The position numbers and the translations under genes were made by a program. The notes under the pieces were generated by a model. The model was not told the DNA's origin and did no database searches. It saw nothing but the letters and a program-made list of their open reading frames with translations. Below are positions 61,024 through 64,000 of a stretch of DNA of 64,000 bases, in pieces. The DNA is from Phyllosticta citribraziliensis (taxonomy: Eukaryota): positions 496,001 through 560,000 of the forward strand of contig NW_027117339.1 of the NCBI RefSeq assembly GCF_038025025.1, read 5' to 3'. The stretch's first letter is position 1, and each line of letters starts with the position of its first letter.

Positions 61024-64000
61024 GGTGGAGAGGACGCGACCAGAGAGGAGCGGGGAAGCAAGAGAAAGCAAGGAGTGAAAGCCGCAATGGCGGAAGAGCG
61101 GCGTGGGTAGAGGGCGGCGACGCGTGCCAAAGAGCAGCGTAGAGTCAAACTCGGGCTGGCAGACGGCGGCGAAGTTTTGGTGGGGGATCTGTCCCCACCG
61201 CCGTGCCGAGTCCGGGGCAACCAATTTCTTGCTTCTCCTGATGACGACAGACATCGTCCCCGTCAACCGCGCAAAGTCGACCAGAGGCCATGTCGTTTAT
61301 TGAAAGGACATCGAATCCATCTCGACCCCTGACGGAAGCAGCCCCTCGCGACCCCACGCGCCTGCTTGCGGCGGCTCCACGTTTCCTCATGCCACGCCTT
61401 TGTCCCTCGCACCACCACGTCGCCTGCGGAACCAGCAAGGGAGATCCAATGATGCGGCTCGTATAACGAAAGACTGTTGTGGCCGTTGAAAAAATTTGCC
61501 TGCAGACAAATGGTTTGACTGCCTACAACGTTGGCGCAGTTTTCCCTGCCGGGCCAGTACCGCTTCTCGACTTTTCTGCTTCTGCGAGCCATCTCCCGTC
61601 GTTCGCCGAGCTCCTTTTCATGCTCCTCCACGTCGAATTTAAGACCTTTGAGCACATTTCCTGGACCTGGGAAGAGGCTGAAGCTATGAACGCTGGCTTA
61701 CCGCGCAACGCATTCGAAGGCGCCGCCGCGACCTATGCGCGCTGAGACCATCTGGAATATGCAGCCAAGGGCGCTCCAATGGCTCACACACTGTGCATCG
61801 CAAGCGGCTTTTTCAATTCCTGATCAGCCAGGCCACATTGCTCCATGTTATCCCGCCTTGCCGAATCTCTTCGGGGTCTGTAGACAGGAACGATCCGACA
61901 GATGCGCCGCGGCTGGTGTCATCTGTTTACCTGGGCCAGTATTCGAGAATTACTGTCATCCGACCAGACCGTGGCAACAAAACCACCTGGACCTTGCCTT
62001 GCCAACTCGTTAGCAACCCCCAACGTTGTGGCCGTGGCACCACAGCCAGCAATGCAAATGGTGGCGGCGTGTCCATCGGCTCACGCCGTTCACTCTCCTT
62101 ACTCGACTATCATGCTGCGTTCTATCTGTTCTCCTTGATTGTGCGATCATCTCCCAACGGCTGCTCCATTGATTGACTGGCTGTTGGTCGATGGTCGAAG
62201 CATCTTGGCGTGGGCAGAATATCTTCGATCAAACCAGACCAATGCAAGGCGGCTGCGGGAGCGATACGGGCAGATCTCCCGCTCTTGGTCTGCCATTGAC
62301 CCGGTTTAACAAGCGAGTCGGGAGAAGTGCTCTTGCCCAGCAGCCCGGTATCTGGTTCGGGAACGAGAAGCGTGAAATTCAAGAGTTCTACGCGAGGCCT
62401 TGTCTCCCTTTCGGTCTTCTTTGACCCAAGTCCTCTGTAAGGAGTGATATCTGAGTGCAGACTGACTGACTAGAAGTAATAGTAGAGTCGACTGACGGCG
62501 TAGCGCAAGGAAGGGCACCAATGAGGCGCTGTGCGCTAGATTACAGTCTAGACAGGCTCCACAAGATGTATAGCAGCCTTGATCGTCGCTCTACACCGAT
62601 TCAGTCTTTCAAAATAGACACTCAAAAAATTCTGTAGGCGCAGGATGCAACAAAAACAAGGTTCTATCCAGGGGCGCTGTGGTTTCATGAGGATCCCGTG
62701 GTAAATTCACGCTGGACTTGTCGGATGACCACGCCCGAAGTACCATTTGGCCGAGCCATTGAATTCAATCTACTTCAGGATCAAGAGCATTGTCGGATCT
62801 GAAGCCACTACACTTTACAAAGCATGACCAACGTTTTCCGACGATGGACTATTCCCTTCCACAACGTATTTGGAATGCAGCCACCCGCCGGAGAGAGACA
62901 TCAATGTAACGGCAGCATCAACATCGAGTCCTCTTGCCGGCCGGCCGAGTCCATTTATACAAGCCAACCCGAGAGAATCCTGCCGAATGGCCGGATCAAT
63001 GGCTCTCCTGCGGGTACGTGCAGTCAATAAAGCCCCATTCTTCAAGGTAGTGGAAAGGAATCAATCGTCGGGAATCTCCAAGATGCGACTCTCTCGGCAT
63101 CCGGCTCCCTCCAGTTTGCTTATTGAAACATCCGACTTGTGCAACCATAATCATTTAGCGCCACAGTGCCAAGGTTGTCTACAGTCCAGTACTATGCGCT
63201 TCAATTTTCGCTCGGCCGATGCTGTTCAGGCTTTTGATGTGCAAATCAGGCATACAAGTAGGTCATCAAGCCAGATGCCTGCCAAGCTCTGCGGAAAAAG
63301 AATGCTGCGGAGCTCCTCCATTCAGGGCCAATCGAGGGATTGTTTGCTCTCGAGCTACTGCAGTTGCTACGGCGCTAGCAGAAAATACGTTGGAGCACGA
63401 CAGAAGAATGCTACTTGGAGGTTGTTTGAGTCAGTACCTGTCTTGCGAGCCGATGGTCCACGGGCCAGTAAGGATTACGGAAGAGGCTTCCAAGCTCTGC
63501 GCGGGGACCCCGTCATGCTGGAGATATCGAGATCTGATCCCCTCATAACCCAAGCTGGCGGATGAATAAGGGCAATGATCGACTTTGCATGGTCGTCACG
63601 AGGAGTCTGGAGCCAAGGCCATTTCCGAGGGGCTGGTCAGGAATATACCCATGCTCCTACAACAACAGGCTTGGAAGCGTCAACCGCGTCGGCGGGAAAC
63701 TCGAATTAGAGTGGTCTGACATTTGTTGGAGCAATGCCCCTGGGGCTGGCAGTGCAAAGGCTGTCGGTGTGGGATTGCAGTCGGCAAAGGCCGCCGACAT
63801 GTGCAAGGCCGGCGCCGTGTCACTTTCCCGAAAGCTTTCTGCAAAGGTTTTTTCAGTCGCGGCACACGGCATGGGCCGTTATCACGAGCGGCATGGTACG
63901 TAGGCTGTATGCGCTGCGCGGTGGGCGGCAAGCCAAGTTGCGAGAGAGAGGGCGTGGCGGTGACTGGAGGGAGCAGTTGATGATAATGTAAGGTAGGTAG

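Noticed and set aside
62630..62650. TAGGCGCAGG, matching part of the family 2 core
   Set aside because: No B box, D-arm hairpin or 3' conserved block at the expected distances.
61300..64000. ORFs upstream of ADE12, including 62870-63565
   Set aside because: No recognisable domains or coding-like composition; treated as intergenic or degenerate.

Overview
Eukaryotic DNA from a filamentous ascomycete: GT-AG introns with CTRAC branch points and a RIP-mutated retrotransposon; Dothideomycetes is a plausible but unproven guess. From 1 to ~30.3 kb is a compact block of conserved genes: a Sororin-domain protein running off the left edge (absent from the ORF track), LAP2/LTA4 hydrolase, a RanBD1/FG nucleoporin, a Yip1-family protein, GAL7, ERG28, IFA38, a GVP36-like BAR protein, KRR1, MRC1, bleomycin hydrolase LAP3, a GPI protein, an Rds1 ferritin-like protein and an Na+/H+ antiporter. 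From ~30.3 to 57 kb is an accessory island with no housekeeping genes, followed by a Cys-rich membrane protein gene and ADE12. The island holds (i) a complete, heavily RIP-mutated Ty1/copia element (37375-42563; 267-bp LTRs, CTTAT TSD); (ii) two copies of a ~102-nt structured small-RNA gene with a TATA box at fixed spacing, a T7 run and a downstream B-box-like motif; (iii) four same-strand copies of a second ~170-195-nt tRNA-like Pol III unit with a covarying long-range pairing; and (iv) two divergent paralogous orphan proteins, each built from three copies of one Trp/Pro helical module, which bracket the four-copy RNA array. This RNA-array-plus-paralog arrangement is the best candidate for an undescribed system. 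All structures and alignments were made by eye; no database or folding program was run.
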